DNA of 64,000 bases from Ranitomeya imitator (taxonomy: Eukaryota). A program made the translations under genes and the position numbers. Location: contig NC_091284.1 of assembly GCF_032444005.1 (NCBI RefSeq), positions 803,954,001 through 804,018,000 on the forward strand, written 5' to 3'. The notes below the pieces were generated by a model. That model did no database searches. It was not told the DNA's origin and saw nothing but the letters and a program-made list of their open reading frames with translations. Numbering within the stretch: the first letter of the stretch is position 1; each line of letters begins with the position of its first letter. This document shows positions 27,018 through 39,394 of the stretch, piece by piece.

Positions 27018-27130
27018 ATTTATCCTTTAAGGTTTTACATGCAATGACCTCTCGCTTATAGAATATAAACTCTTAAGGACAGTGTCTTCTCTGTATCTCG
27101 TCTACCTCAACAAGTTAGACCTTGAAATAC

Positions 27131-27328
27131 CTGTATGTTCAGGAGATGCTCATTCGCGATCGTGTGTTGAAAAACGACAGCAGAACGTAAAACCCCCGAC
27201 TGATCCAGAACGAACCGGCCGCCTTCATTTCCACTTATTATGGTGAATGTAAATGGTGGTCCATTATGGTACGAGTCTTTGTCGGTGACTACGAGCTGGA
27301 GGATACTAGTCCCGGTAGGTTTGTTCTC
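27131..27328 (-). CDS. FAT3: FAT3 coding exon, 198 bp (phase 0-0), cadherin repeat; not in the ORF track
   Basis: [66 protein letters not shown], with tttcag acceptor and GTATTT donor. Confidence 0.96.
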
Positions 27329-27818
27329 CTGAAAGATAAAGCAATGAGTTGTGTAGCATAAAATAAAGGAACTTGTTTTCTAGTCAAATCCCAAAAACTT
27401 TTACGTTAGGTTACACCAAGAGTAGGTCTGTCACCAAAATGTCCAATAATATATTTAGATTATTCTACTAGTTAACATGAAGATATAAATGATTTTCTAA
27501 GTTGACATGGTTAATATATTAATTCAGGAAGGCATCCGGCATGTCTTGGTCTGCACAAACTACATGACCTAGATAAAGGCTTCGGCATCTCATCAATTCT
27601 TTAGCTTTTGATGCAGAAGAAGAATTTCCAGAATTTCAGTACTGAGCTTCACAAACCTTTTATGAAACCCCCCTTTAAGGAAGCTTTTTGTCATTACATG
27701 TCCAGTGACATATCCCGATCTACAAAGATGGGTTTGATCATATGCTGTATGTTGATAAATGAAATTTACAATATAATATGGTACTACACCACCTCCGTGT
27801 TATGTCATAGAGGCTTAA

Positions 27819-29710
27819 TTGGATGTCATACCCTCGAAAACAAAAGCTTGGTTTCTGGGGGAGAATACTTCTATTGGGTTTATTACATTTTAGAGATCTG
27901 GAGGTACAATAATGCAGCAATGCACCCCTACAAAGTCCTGTTATGTGGAGTTAAGCAGAAATGATTTGCAGGACCTTGGTCCAGCAGCCTCATCCGTAGT
28001 CTACCGAAGTAGAGCCTCCTAAACCTTTTCCTATCTACTTAATTGTATGACATACCCTTGGTAGTAAAAGCTTTGTTCCTGGGGGAGAATACCTTTATTG
28101 GGTTTATGAAGTATTAGATATCCAGAGGTACATTAATGCTGCCATGCCCTCCTACAAAGCCCTGTTATGTGTAGTCGAGCAAAAATCATTTGCAGGACTT
28201 AAGTCCAGCAGCTACATCGGTAGTCCACCAATCTAGGGCTCCGAAAACCTTTTGCTATCTCCTTCATTGGATGTCATACCCTTGGAAGTAAAAGCTTTGT
28301 TTCTGAGGGAGAATACCTCTATTGGGTTTATGAAATTTTAGAGTTCCAGAGGTAAATTAATGCTGCCATGCACCCATACAAAGCCCTGTTATATGGAGTT
28401 GAGCAAAAATGATTTGCAGGACCGTAGTCCACCAAAGTAGAGCTCTGCAAACCTTCTCCTATCTCCTTAATTGGATGTCATAACCTCAGAAGTAAAAGCT
28501 TTGTTTCTGAGGGAGAATACCTCTATTGGGTTTATGAAATTTTAGAGATCCAGAGGTACATTAATGCTGCCATGCACCCCTACAAAGCCCTGTTATGTGG
28601 AGTTGAGCAAAAATGATTTGCAGGACCGTAGTCCACCAAAGTAGAGCTCTGCAAACCTTCTCCTATCTCCTTAATTGGATGTTATAACCTCAGAAGTAAA
28701 AGCTTTGTTTCTGGGGGAGAATACCTCTATTGGGTTTATGAAATTTTAGAGATCCAGAGGTAAATTAATGCTGCCATGCACCCCTACAAAGCCCTGTTAT
28801 ATGGAGTTGAGCAAAAATGATTTGCAGGACCGTAGTCCACCAAAGTAGAGCTCTGCAAACCTTCTCCTATCTCCTTAATTGGATGTCATAACCTCAGAAG
28901 TAAAGCTTTGTTTCTGAGGGAGAATACCTCTATTGGGTTTATGAAATTTTAGAGATCCAGAGGTACATTAATGCTGCCATGCACCCCTACAAAGCCCTGT
29001 TATGTGGAGTTGAGCAAAAATGATTTGCAGGACCGTAGTTCACCAAAGTAGAGCTCTGCAAACCTTCTCCTATCTCCTTAATTGGATGTTATAACCTCAG
29101 AAGTAAAAGCTTTGTTTCTGGGGGAGAATACCTCTATTGGGTTTATGAAATTTTAGAGATCCAGAGGTAAATTAATACTGCCATGCACCCCTACAAAGCC
29201 CTGTTATGTGGAGTTGAGCAAAAATGATTTGCAGGACCGTAGTCCACCAAAGTAGAGCTCTGCAAACCTTCTCCTATCTCCTTAATTGGATGTCATAACC
29301 TCAGAAGTAAAAGCTTTGTTTCTGGGGGAGAATACCTCTATTGGGTTATTGAAATTTTAGAGATCCAAAGGTACATTAATGCTGCCATGCACCTCTACAA
29401 AGCCCTGTTATGTGGAGTTGAGCAAAAATGATTTACAGGATTGTAGTCCACCAAAGTAGAGCTCTGCAAACCTTCTCCTATCTCCTTAATTGGATGTCAT
29501 AATCTTAGAAATTAAAGCTTTGTTTCTGGGGGAAGATGCTTTTACTGGGTTTATGAAATTTTAGAGATCCGGAGGTACAGTAATGCCGCCATGCACCCCT
29601 ACAAAGCCCTGTTATGTGGAGTCAAGCAAAAATGATTTGCAGGACCCTGGTCCAGCAGCCACATTGGTAGTCCACTGGAGTAGAGCCCTGCAAACCTTCT
29701 CCTATCTACC
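27819..29710. repeat. Tandem satellite of 9 units: 224-bp edge units and 204-bp core units
   Basis: TTG(G/T)AT anchors at 27819, 28043, 28267, 28471, 28675, 28879, 29082, 29286 and 29490. Confidence 0.93.
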
Positions 29711-30789
29711 AGACTACTTCTGATTGGTAGGCATACTAAGACTATAGTAGGCTCATCATTGGGGCATAACACATGTACAACAACATGCCGGGATGACTAA
29801 TAAGAAGAAGCACCAGAGATGCTGGCGGTTCGGTTTTACTCTAGTAGGATGGTCACAGGGTAACGACGTGGCTGCTTTGTCAAGGTCCTACAAATTGTTT
29901 TGCCCGACTCTATTAATATGGATATACCCTAATAATGAACCCACATCTTATCCATATTTTACATTGTATTGGCCGAGTTCGGTCTTGGTGGTTGATTTTA
30001 GTGCCAAAACGCCTTGCCCGACCATCGATTATGCTGAATATTCTCTTCTTAGCTCAAATAAACATATCAGTGAGTTCCTCTTGTTCATATCTCCAGATTT
30101 ATATTTAAAAGTCCATTAATCAATATCCGAGGCCTGGCAGCGTGACGTATAAGCCGGGCTCATTCATTACAGTCCAGTAATGAAGCTCTCGGCTAGGGAC
30201 CCACAGAAGTGATTCGTAAGGCACAAGTCACATTTAATCCTGGGTCAAGAGATTAGTGGATACCTCGGCTTGTTTACAAGACTAACCCGCCCGTGACCTG
30301 CACTACGTATTAAACATCTTCTTCTTAGCTTCACATATATTGGGCAAAGTGGATCATTCTCAGCAGACGGTTAGAAAAGTGATTCTGTTACCGATAATGC
30401 ATAAAGGGAAGGCATTCATCTATTTATTTCACCCAGAATAGAAAGGCAGGAGTTTTCGAGAACTTGGTTTGTCATGGAGGCGTCTTACTTTAGTGCATGC
30501 CTCTTGTTTTCAACTGTTTTATTTAGAATTAATTAGACTTTCTGGGATTAGAAGAAAAAAAAATGTGTTTTTATTTCCACAGACACAGCTCCCCTCTAAT
30601 CTTCAAGCTCTAGGTGGTATTGCAACTTAAAAGCAATGGACAATTTTGACATGGAGGAAATGATTTTTACATATGTTTGTGCAATTTTATTAACTTGTAA
30701 TAGCTACTAAGTTTTAGTCAGTAATCTTCATTCTTTTTCAGATCCTCTGATATGCAGTTTTCAAGTTTTGTATTTTTTCATTGTGGGAG

Positions 30790-31620
30790 CGGTTTTCCAG
30801 TAATATAGGCTGGATGTGGGCTCTGTCTGTATCCAGGTTGCTGTTGCTTCAGTAACACATGTATCAGCACAGCTTCTATCCTGAACTTATTTTCTCTCCA
30901 TGTTTCCCTTCTTTTCTTTTTTTAAAGCCTGTTTTCTCTGCCCTCTCTGAAACTGTAGATACTTTCTCTCTTGTAGAGATCTCTGTATAGTCCCCTTTCC
31001 CTCCCTGCTGTTATCTCAAATACTGAAGGAAGGCAGGGATGATCAAAGCCATCCACAACTGCACTCATCACGAGAAAAGACTTACAGACTTTCTCCCAGT
31101 AATATAAGTTACATGTGAGCTTTGTGTGTATCCAGGTTGCTGTTGTCTTTAGTAATACATATATCAGCACAGCTTCTATCCTGCGCTTATTTTCTTAATG
31201 CATTTTCCTCCTCTCCTAAGGCCTGTTTTATCTCCCCTCTTTGAGACTGTAGATGCTTTCTCTATTGAACACATAGTAGGGATCTATGTATAACCCATGT
31301 TATCTCCAATATTGATGGAAGGGAGCAATGAGTAGAGCTGTCCAGACCTGCCCTCAGCACAAGAAAAGACTTGCAGACTTTATCCCCGTAATAAAGGCTA
31401 GATGCGAGCATTGTGTGTATCCAGGTTGCTGTTGTCTTTAGTAAAACATATATCAGCACAGCTTCTATCCTGCGCTTATTTTCTTAATGTGTTTTCCTCC
31501 TTTCCTAAAGCTTTTCTCTGCCGTCTCTGAAACTGTAGATGCTTTCTCTCTTGTTCATACAGTGAAGATCTACGTGCAATTCTCTTTCCTTCCCTGCTGT
31601 TATCTCTAACACTGAAGGAA
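30790..31620. repeat. Diverged triplication, unit about 290-300 bp
   Basis: ATCCAGGTTGCTGTTG...ATCAGCACAGCTTCTATCCTG occurs at 30831, 31130 and 31419. Confidence 0.85.
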
Positions 31621-32176
31621 GGAAGGAATGAGCAGAGAGAGTGTTGAGAATTGCACAAACGAAAACGTTTCAGACAGTCGCTTGCCTTAGGAGTTAGGAA
31701 AGCAAGTGAACAACAAAAAGACTGTCGCAAAGGAATAGCCTTTAAAGGGGTATTCCGGATGCTAACACTTGCTGGGTATGATGCATCAAGAATGGCGTAG
31801 CACAGGCTCGCACTGAGAAAGTCTTGATGGAGTGGAAGAGGAGCCCAATTTATTAAAAGGCACAAGCCACTTAATTAATTTGGTGCCTCCATGGGCCAAA
31901 TCAGGGTGTTTGGTGGAGCTGATCCTGATTTTTGCACCAAAATTCTTGAGTTTTTTTCAAAGCTTTTACTCCACATTTGTGGCATTAAACTTTCACAGAT
32001 TGTCCCCATTACCTATACACAGGATAGATGAAAACTAGCAGATCAGCGTTGAACCCCAATTGATTTATTAATTATCTGGTGGACAGTTTAATTGCAGTAC
32101 CAGGAGCAGCCTGAGAACAATGGGGGTGCTAGTGATAATATGGTCATAATAAGCAATTCAGATCACTGTAGCCTAC

Positions 32177-32320
32177 CTGTATGACGGCGCTGTAGTTGGC
32201 CGGTGAAAACTGGGGGCTGTTATCATTCACATCTGAAATATCGATATTTACTGTCACGGTGGATGAGAGCGGTGGAAAACCACTATCTCTGGCTTGAATC
32301 AAAAGCGAATAACCAGATAC
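32177..32320 (-). CDS. FAT3: FAT3 coding exon, 144 bp (phase 0-0); not in the ORF track
   Basis: [48 protein letters not shown], with a DXNDN calcium motif. Acceptor tttcaag, donor GTAGGC. Confidence 0.96.
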
Positions 32321-32963
32321 CTTGAAATAAAAGAAAGAAAAAAGAAAAGTAATAAAACATTTCTATTGGTAATGAAATGATGACAGCAGCGGGAGAAGAG
32401 TGAGCTGAACTTGTAGGAGACAGTGACCTGTCTATATGTGTGATTTTAAGGACATAACTAGGCACCTGGGCACTGATGTTTGAGGGGCCTCAAAGGGGTA
32501 GTAATGCTACATATGATAAACAAATAGACTTTTCGTAGGTCCTATGAACTTCACGCTATGCCTCGCCTATAGGAATATTTATAGTTGTAAGGTATTACAT
32601 ATTATATGTATATTATTGTGATTACAGCATTTCGATACAAAACTTGATAAAGCACAGTCCAAAAATGTATATAAGTGTAGCTCAGAATCACAGGACTATC
32701 AACTGCTTGGCTGGGAAATATAATCCTGGGCCATGGACCTCCTGGGAACATATGATGAATTGATCTGACGGTGTGAAGAGTCATCCTTCTCAGCTTCCAG
32801 GGGACTCGTCACTTCACACAAGGCTTCCTCTAGTGACTGCGTCGTAATTCTATTTGGTTCCCGGAGATGTGTTACTAGAAATCATCACGGTTACTTGCAG
32901 CTGCATCTCCAAATGTTATTTATCTAGAACATTAGAGGGTGATATAGAATTTTTAGAACTTAA

Positions 32964-33316
32964 AGGGAACCCGTGAGGTCGATTTTACTACTGAATCTAG
33001 TGGTATGGCTGTATAGATCCTCGTTCAACAATATAAATGACACTTCGCTTGTATTAATCCGACGTACCGGCACTGAGAAATCAAGCTTTGAAGCATCAAG
33101 TCAATTAATCAGGAAGTGCATTTGTGGGCGTGTCTATGTACTCCGAGTGTATGGACACGCCCCCAGACTAATTTACACGTGAATTCAACGTTCGATTTCT
33201 CAGCGCCAGTACATCCGATTACTACAAGACAGGTCTCATTTTTATTGTTGTACTAGGACCAAAACTAGGAACCATACCACTGGTTTAAGTAGTAACATCG
33301 TCCTGACAGGTTGGAT
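32964..33316. mobile_element. T2/Kolobok-type MITE
   Basis: TTAA-AGGGAACCCGTGAGGTCGATTTTACTACTGAATCTAGTGGTATGG mirrors TACCACTGGTTTAAGTAGTAACATCGTCCTGACAGGTTGGAT-TTAA. Confidence 0.7.
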
Positions 33317-33475
33317 TTAATTGCTGCAAGATTAAAGGATATTCCACTTTCAGCTTGTTAGCATGTTTTCTAATATACTTTGTACAGTATATTCTACTAT
33401 GCAAAAGCATAAGGCAAGTCTGGAAAAAATGCAAGAAAGTAAGAATGATTTAAAAAAACAGATACGGTAGTTTAA

Positions 33476-33983
33476 AGGGAATCTATTACCAGGTTCTCCC
33501 AACATAAACTACGGCCATCACCTTTAATGCCTCCTTTAAAAACAGTCCAGCAACCTGCACATAAGTCTCCAATCTCCTCTGCATATCCCCAAAAGTACGT
33601 TTTATAATCCCTCCCCCGTACGGTGCAGTCCAGTCCAATGACCGTTGCTGGCCTTGCTCGGCGCCTCCTCTATTCCCGCAATCGCCGTCCTTCTACCCTG
33701 CTTGATATGGATAAGTCATCCACACAGCGCCCCCAACGCATGAGCCAGTTTAATTTCCCGGGTCATCGGCGCTCTTTGTCTTCTCACTGTACATGCGCAT
33801 TACAGTTCTTTGCTCTGCCTACAGCATGGAAGCAGAAGCATGCCTGTGCATGAGCGAGATTGGGGAAGCTGGGTGGATGACATAAGATGCGTCATCCACA
33901 CAATGCAGGGCAGGAGGATGGTCGATGGCGAGGATAGTAGAGGCACCGAGCAAGACCAGTGACGCCCATCATACAGGATCCCT
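33476..33983. mobile_element. T2/Kolobok-type MITE nested in the left Tc1 TIR
   Basis: TTAA-AGGGAATCT ... CAGGATCCCT-TTAG, with internal inverted segments (CCTTGCTCGGCGCCTCC / GAGGCACCGAGCAAGACC; GGATAAGTCATCCACA / GTGGATGAC...TCATCCAC). Confidence 0.7.
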
Positions 33984-34746
33984 TTAGTGAAGTCAGGCGG
34001 CCATATAACCTGAACGAGGATCACAACGCAATGCTCGGACTGGCCGCCGACTCTCCCGACCTGGGCGTGATAACTGCATAGAAATACATGCAGTTGGGAG
34101 AGACGTCGGCCGTCCAAGCATTGAGTTGCGATCCTTGTCCGAGTTATACAGCCATCTAACACATCCCTTAATTTTATCAATAAATAAAATAAACAATTTA
34201 ATAAAATGAAAAGTGAATGAACAGAAGCGACATCTCCATCAAATCAATATTTATTGTGACTGCCCTTTGCCTTCATCAATTCTCCTAGGTACACTTGTCT
34301 CTCGCATACAGTTTTTGAAGGAACTTTGTAGGGAATTTGTTCTAAACATCTTGGAGGAATAACCACAGATCTTAGTGCACATACAGCCAATGTCATTAAG
34401 AACTATTCTCAGCATAATGATGGACAAGGAGTCCTGAAAATGATGATCCGGCCCCCACAGAGCCCTGACCTCACATCATCGAGTCGGTTTGGGAGCACAA
34501 GAAGAGACAGAAGGATCCACACAAGCCTCTTACACAGAAGATCTGGGGACAGTTCGCCAAGGTGTTTGGAACAACCTCCTGCCGAGTTCCTTCAAAAACT
34601 GTGTGCAAGTACAAGTACCTAGAGGAATTGATGAAGGCAAAGGATGGTTATCAAATATTGATCTGATTGGATTTCTCTTTTTCTTCATTGAATTAGCATT
34701 TTGCTAATTAATAAAGAATAAACTTTTAACACTTCTATTTTTTAAA

Positions 34747-35167
34747 AGGGTTGTTCACTACTAGGACAACCCCTTCTCATTCCACACGCTTGGCAACAAT
34801 AAATAAAAAAGCCTATACTCACCTCCTGTGCCAGCGCTGTTCCAGCGGTGTCGGTACTCGCGGTCCCAGGGCGATTGTGATGACACCAGAGCATGGCGCA
34901 CAATCAGCGATGGAGTCACTTGTCGAACTGAACATGAAGAGAGAGTCAGATTTCGGCCTCTGCACTGACTTCCTCCTCATGTTTGATTTGTCCAACAGTG
35001 ACACCAGGGCTGATTGGGTGCTGGGCACCACGTGTAGTACAACTGCACAAGAGCACCGGGAACGCGAGCGCCAACACTGCTGGAACAGCGCCGGAATGGG
35101 AGGTGAGTATAGGCTTTTTTTTTTTATTAGGGCAGAAGAAGGGGTTGTCCTAGTATTGGACAACCCC
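34747..35167. mobile_element. T2/Kolobok-type MITE nested in the right Tc1 TIR
   Basis: About 31-bp TIRs AGGGTTGTTCACTACTAGGACAACCCCTTCT / AGAAGGGGTTGTCCTAGTATTGGACAACCCC. TTAA on the left. Confidence 0.82.
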
Positions 35168-35605
35168 GCTAATCATTATTACTTTGCGGCATTTTTCCAC
35201 AACCTGCCTAAAATTTTTGCACAGTAGTGTAGATCTCTGCTTGCTTTAGTGAATTGACTACTAATTTTTTTACAATCGAGTTGATGGGTCTATCGGCGTC
35301 CTATGAATTTGGTCCGAGAGCATGTGCCTGTATGAGATTAGACTTAGCTTATTGGGAGAGAGAATGATGCAAGTGATGACAATCTCTGTACAACGCTGAC
35401 ATAAGTGTTGGCGCTATATACGGTATGTAACATAAATAATGGATAATGTGATGAACACATCAGTGAACACAGACGCTCCAACTGTCTCACGAATCAACCC
35501 GAAAAATAGGAGTGGAGTGTTGCAACCCCACACCCATATGATAGCATTCTGGTTTTGAATGCTGTGAGAGCAGGGATTAAATGTCTAGATTTTTTTCATT
35601 TGTGA

Positions 35606-35792
35606 GACCATGTTCACACTAGCAGTATTTGGTCAGTTTTTTACATCAGTATTTGTAAAACAAGACCAGTAGGGGAAAAGAATAATAGAAACAGAAACAA
35701 GTCACAACTTCTGTATTTATCACCCACTCCTGGTTTTGGCTACAAATACTGAGGTAAAATACTGACCAAACACTGAACGTGTGAACAAGGCC
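35606..35792. mobile_element. PIF/Harbinger-type MITE, same family as 45169-45349
   Basis: GACCATGTTCACAC ... GTGTGAACAAGGCC-TAA. Shares the core ACTTCTGTATTTATCACCCACTCCTGGTTT with the 45-kb copy. Confidence 0.75.
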
Positions 35793-36361
35793 TAATGGTA
35801 AGTATGTGAACCACTCATGGCTGTACTTTAATGAGCAGGACAGATGTTTACATGCTGATTTTCTCACAAATTTTCCACAGATTATACCGCTGACATGGGT
35901 AAAATTGGTGTTGTGATAATCCACAGCAACTGCGTGTGGATAATCCACAGCCTGTCCTGTAAGAGTGGAAAAATCCACTAGGCCGAATTTATCAAAAACT
36001 GTGCTAAAAGAAAACCGCCTGTGTTGCTCATAGCAACCAATCACAGCGCAGCTTTCATTTTACCAAAGCAGTTTAAGAAATGAAAGCTGAACTCTGATTG
36101 GTTGCTATAGACAACATGGTCATTATTTCCTTTTAGGCAGTGATAAATAAGGGTCCAATTATGCAAAATATGAAACTGGCCTAAAGGTTTCAGGCATATA
36201 ACATTTTTGGAAACCATAATGAATACCTTAAAATGGTAGAAGGGACCGGCTTTCGTTACATTTTCCCTATAGTGGCAAAAGTAGCGTTCCATAGCTGACA
36301 TTTATATGCCGACCAGGGAATGAACAGACAGCGCAGCAAAATAAACAATATGTCCCCGTAC

Positions 36362-36499
36362 CCGCTCCCGGTCCAACTTGTCCTTGACTTTTATCAGTCC
36401 TATGACCGGATCCACCATGAACTGTTTATCTTGGTCCCCGTTAACAATAGAGAAAGTTATGTATCCATTTGATGGGCTGTCCAGGTCTTCAGCAAAGAC
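36362..36499 (-). CDS. FAT3: FAT3 coding exon, 138 bp (phase 0-0); not in the ORF track
   Basis: [46 protein letters not shown], with DXD and LDRE motifs. Acceptor cgtag, donor GTACGG. Confidence 0.96.
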
Positions 36500-37133
36500 C
36501 TACGATTAAAAATGATGTGGCAATTAGTAATAATACAAATATTAAAATGGATTTACATAGGACTGCAAGTAAACCTCCTGTATAACCTGTAAAGAGCTTC
36601 ATGTAAAGAAACATATGAAAATTTATCATAGACTTTGTGCCCGGTTCATCACTTGCAAGGTTTGTTTAAGTCACTTTTTTGTTGGGCATCTGTTTTAGCC
36701 AAAAATGTCCAACGTTTTAGATTTTTTTTTTTATAACTCTTACCACTGTTCAAAAAAGCGCATGCGGCTTAGCAAATAGGGGTCGAGGCCAGAACTGTCA
36801 CACGGGTTTACGGTCATTTATGCCAGAAATTATCAGAGATTATACCAGTAACGTACACCAGCTCATACAGATATAGCAAGTGCTGACAATACCTCTACAT
36901 CATGTTACTGCCAATGTGCACTGTCATGGTGCAGCTGCGCAAAGTGTGCAGGGAGGCCGCTTGGTCACTTTATATTGGAGCTACACTGAGGGTTTATTTA
37001 TAAATCACTATATCTGTACTAGAATGGATTATACCTTGTGATGCAACACTTTCCATCTTTATAAAGAGCTGCGCAACCCTTAATTTGGCGAATAATACTC
37101 CAGAAGATTTCTTTTTAATACTGGGGTCATTAA

Positions 37134-37574
37134 CGGGTTATTCCCATCTTCCTTTAATCGGTATATCGTCAGATATTGATTGTAATACAAGCAATTTACT
37201 TAATATTAAAATTTCAAACGTCCTTAAGATATTAACACTTTTCTTTTGTTTACAGCTTGTTGCCTCGGAGACCGACCACTGCTGCTAGACAACAGATAAA
37301 GAGCAGCGTTTACAAGCTGTTTTATTGAGCTTGTAAGTGCTGTTTAGAAGCTGTCTAGGATTGCTGGAGCGCCCTGTTTCCTCCTAGTCCCGGCCAGGTT
37401 CAGCATAGTGCTTGCAAATTAGACAGCAGTGGTAGACGGTTTCCTAGGCAACGAGCTGTAAACGGAACAAAACTTTCAATATCTCAATAACAGATGCAAA
37501 TTTTTATGATCAGCAAAGTGCAAAAGTGCTTGTATTTACAATATCTATCTATCTATGAAGATGGGAATGACCCT
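37134..37574. mobile_element. T2/Kolobok-type MITE
   Basis: TTAA-CGGGTTATTCCCATCTT ... AAGATGGGAATGACCCT-TTAA. Confidence 0.72.
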
Positions 37575-38338
37575 TTAAATAACTCCTCCCCCCCCAAAAA
37601 AAAAATAATTGGAAAGTTGCCAACAATTTTATTATATAGTGATGAACTGGGTGAGAACCAGAATGGCCATCATTTTAGATCTCACAAGAGTTGTCACCCA
37701 GCTTTCCTGAATAGAGATTCTGTCTGGCTGTAGAGTAACACAGTGCATCGCTGCACAGATTGGCGGATTTACCATTCAGGAGTCTAAAAAAGCTGAGTGA
37801 GAATCCTCTATGAAAGCTCTAACAGCAGCAAAAATTGGTTGTCACTCAAATTTTCCGCTGTTAAACGTATCTAATATAACGCCGGACACAAAGTTGGACA
37901 GAAAAGGACAAATCAAGGTCTTCATTGGAGATTATTTTTATTGGGAAGGGGGGTGTCAAATAAAAATAGCAAATACAGTCCAAGAGGAAATGACTTTGCC
38001 CGGTGTACGGCTTGTGTTTATCTTGCTGCCGCCCCATAAATGTAATTAGGTTTTATAAAGGCTCTCTAGACGCGTTTCTTATGGCCAACGCATTTCAGTA
38101 CAAGCTATAATGTTTGCTTACAAGAAGCGGACATGTTTACTCACTCAGTCAGTAAAATTCTTATTACATTTTATTAGACCATTGTAACCGGCGTGTTGAT
38201 ATTTATTTTATACCGTGACCTTGGGTAGGACACGAGTCGATCAGGTAAGCAGGAAATCATAAAATCCCGAGCAATAAACACTCAGCGAAATAAGGGTTTT
38301 AATAGGTTCTTAAGTAAAGTTCTAACCCTGACACTTAC

Positions 38339-38553
38339 CATAATGACAGAATCGCCGATAGTGGCGTCTTCGCTGATGACAGCGCTGTAAACCTCCTGGC
38401 TGAAAGTCGGGGGATTGTCATTCACATCCGTCAAGTTGATGTTTACTGTCGCCACTGCGCTAAGTGGAGGGCTGCCGCCATCTTTAGCCTCCACCACAAG
38501 AAAAAAGTTTTTACAGCCTTCATAGTCCAGAGGATTGATGACTACAATCGCTC
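38339..38553 (-). CDS. FAT3: FAT3 coding exon, 215 bp (phase 1 to 0)
   Basis: (G)[71 protein letters not shown]. Acceptor ttttccag, donor GTAAGT. Confidence 0.97.
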
Positions 38554-38750
38554 CTGGAAAAGAAAATAAGTTAGATGGAATTTTTTTTTTTTGATTCTAG
38601 ATTAAAAAAAATAAAAAGTTGGTGCTGACCATTATGGCCACCTTTTACTAGTGCGATAAGGGATGATATTAAGCTTTTCCAAAACCATTATGGATCATAA
38701 TGTCACCAATCACTACTCTGCTCCCTCCATGTCATTCTAAGATGACTAAG

Positions 38751-38854
38751 CAGGGCTGTGGAGTCGAAGTCGTGGAGTCAGAGTCCATTTTGGTGGAGTC
38801 GGAGTCATGGAAATTGAGGAGTCGCAGGTTTGGCTTACCGACTCCACAGCCCTG
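38751..38854. mobile_element. hAT-family MITE, 104 bp, in a 391-bp intron
   Basis: Perfect 16-bp TIR CAGGGCTGTGGAGTCG / CGACTCCACAGCCCTG. 8-bp TSD TGACTAAG / TGAATAAG (7/8). Confidence 0.9.
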
Positions 38855-38944
38855 TGAATAAGGCATCTCTAGTGTTAGGGGCCTCACTCAACATGATCAA
38901 AACTCACCAAAGAGTCTTGGAAATTGATAATTACTGCCTTTTAC

Positions 38945-39334
38945 CTGTCTTGGGATTGATCTTGAACTTCCCATGTTCATTTCCGGTCCTGAAGCTGTAC
39001 ATTATTTCTGCATTTGAGCCAATATCCTTGCTGGCGGCAAATATGAACATCACTTGGGAACCAATGGCTGTGTCTTCGGGAACCGTGACCAGGTAATCTC
39101 TCCTTTCAAATACTGGAGGGTTATCATTGACATCCAGGACCGTGATTGTAACAACTGCAAATGAAGATAACGGCTGGAGGGGGCTCCGGTCTGAGGCTTT
39201 CACGGTTATATTATAGGAGGACTGGACTTCCCGGTCTAGTGGCTGCTCCAGGACAATGATGCCGGATTGCTCATCCATAGTGAAATGTCCATCTGCTGAG
39301 CCAACCAGGGAGTAGATCACCTTCCGGTTTATGC
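38945..39334 (-). CDS. FAT3: FAT3 coding exon, 390 bp (phase 1-1)
   Basis: (G)[48 protein letters not shown]...[21 protein letters not shown]...GKFKINPKT(G). Acceptor ttctag, donor GTAAAA. Confidence 0.97.
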
Positions 39335-39394
39335 CTAGAATATACAAAAGCAAGATGGGGATTAAATAGCTGTGTGTTAAAAATGACATTTAAG

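Larger units (their letters stand above)
33392..35229 (+). mobile_element. Internally deleted Tc1/mariner element with long TIRs and nested MITEs
   Basis: TA-flanked ends TTCTACTATGCAAAAG...AGGCA and TGCCTAAAATTTTTGCACAGTAGTG. A frameshifted transposase C-terminus (PPQSPDL, VWNNL, AEFLQKLCAS) lies at about 34440-34640. Inner TIR segments at 34262-34325 and 34584-34642 are inverted copies. Confidence 0.82.

Noticed and set aside
20520-29710. Regularly spaced repeats resembling CRISPR arrays
   Set aside because: Eukaryotic intron context, contiguous monomers with no unique spacers, and no cas genes.
38060-38110. Minus-strand GAAACGCGTC with upstream CTGAAATG
   Set aside because: No CUGANGA core or stem II can be formed; not supportable as a ribozyme.
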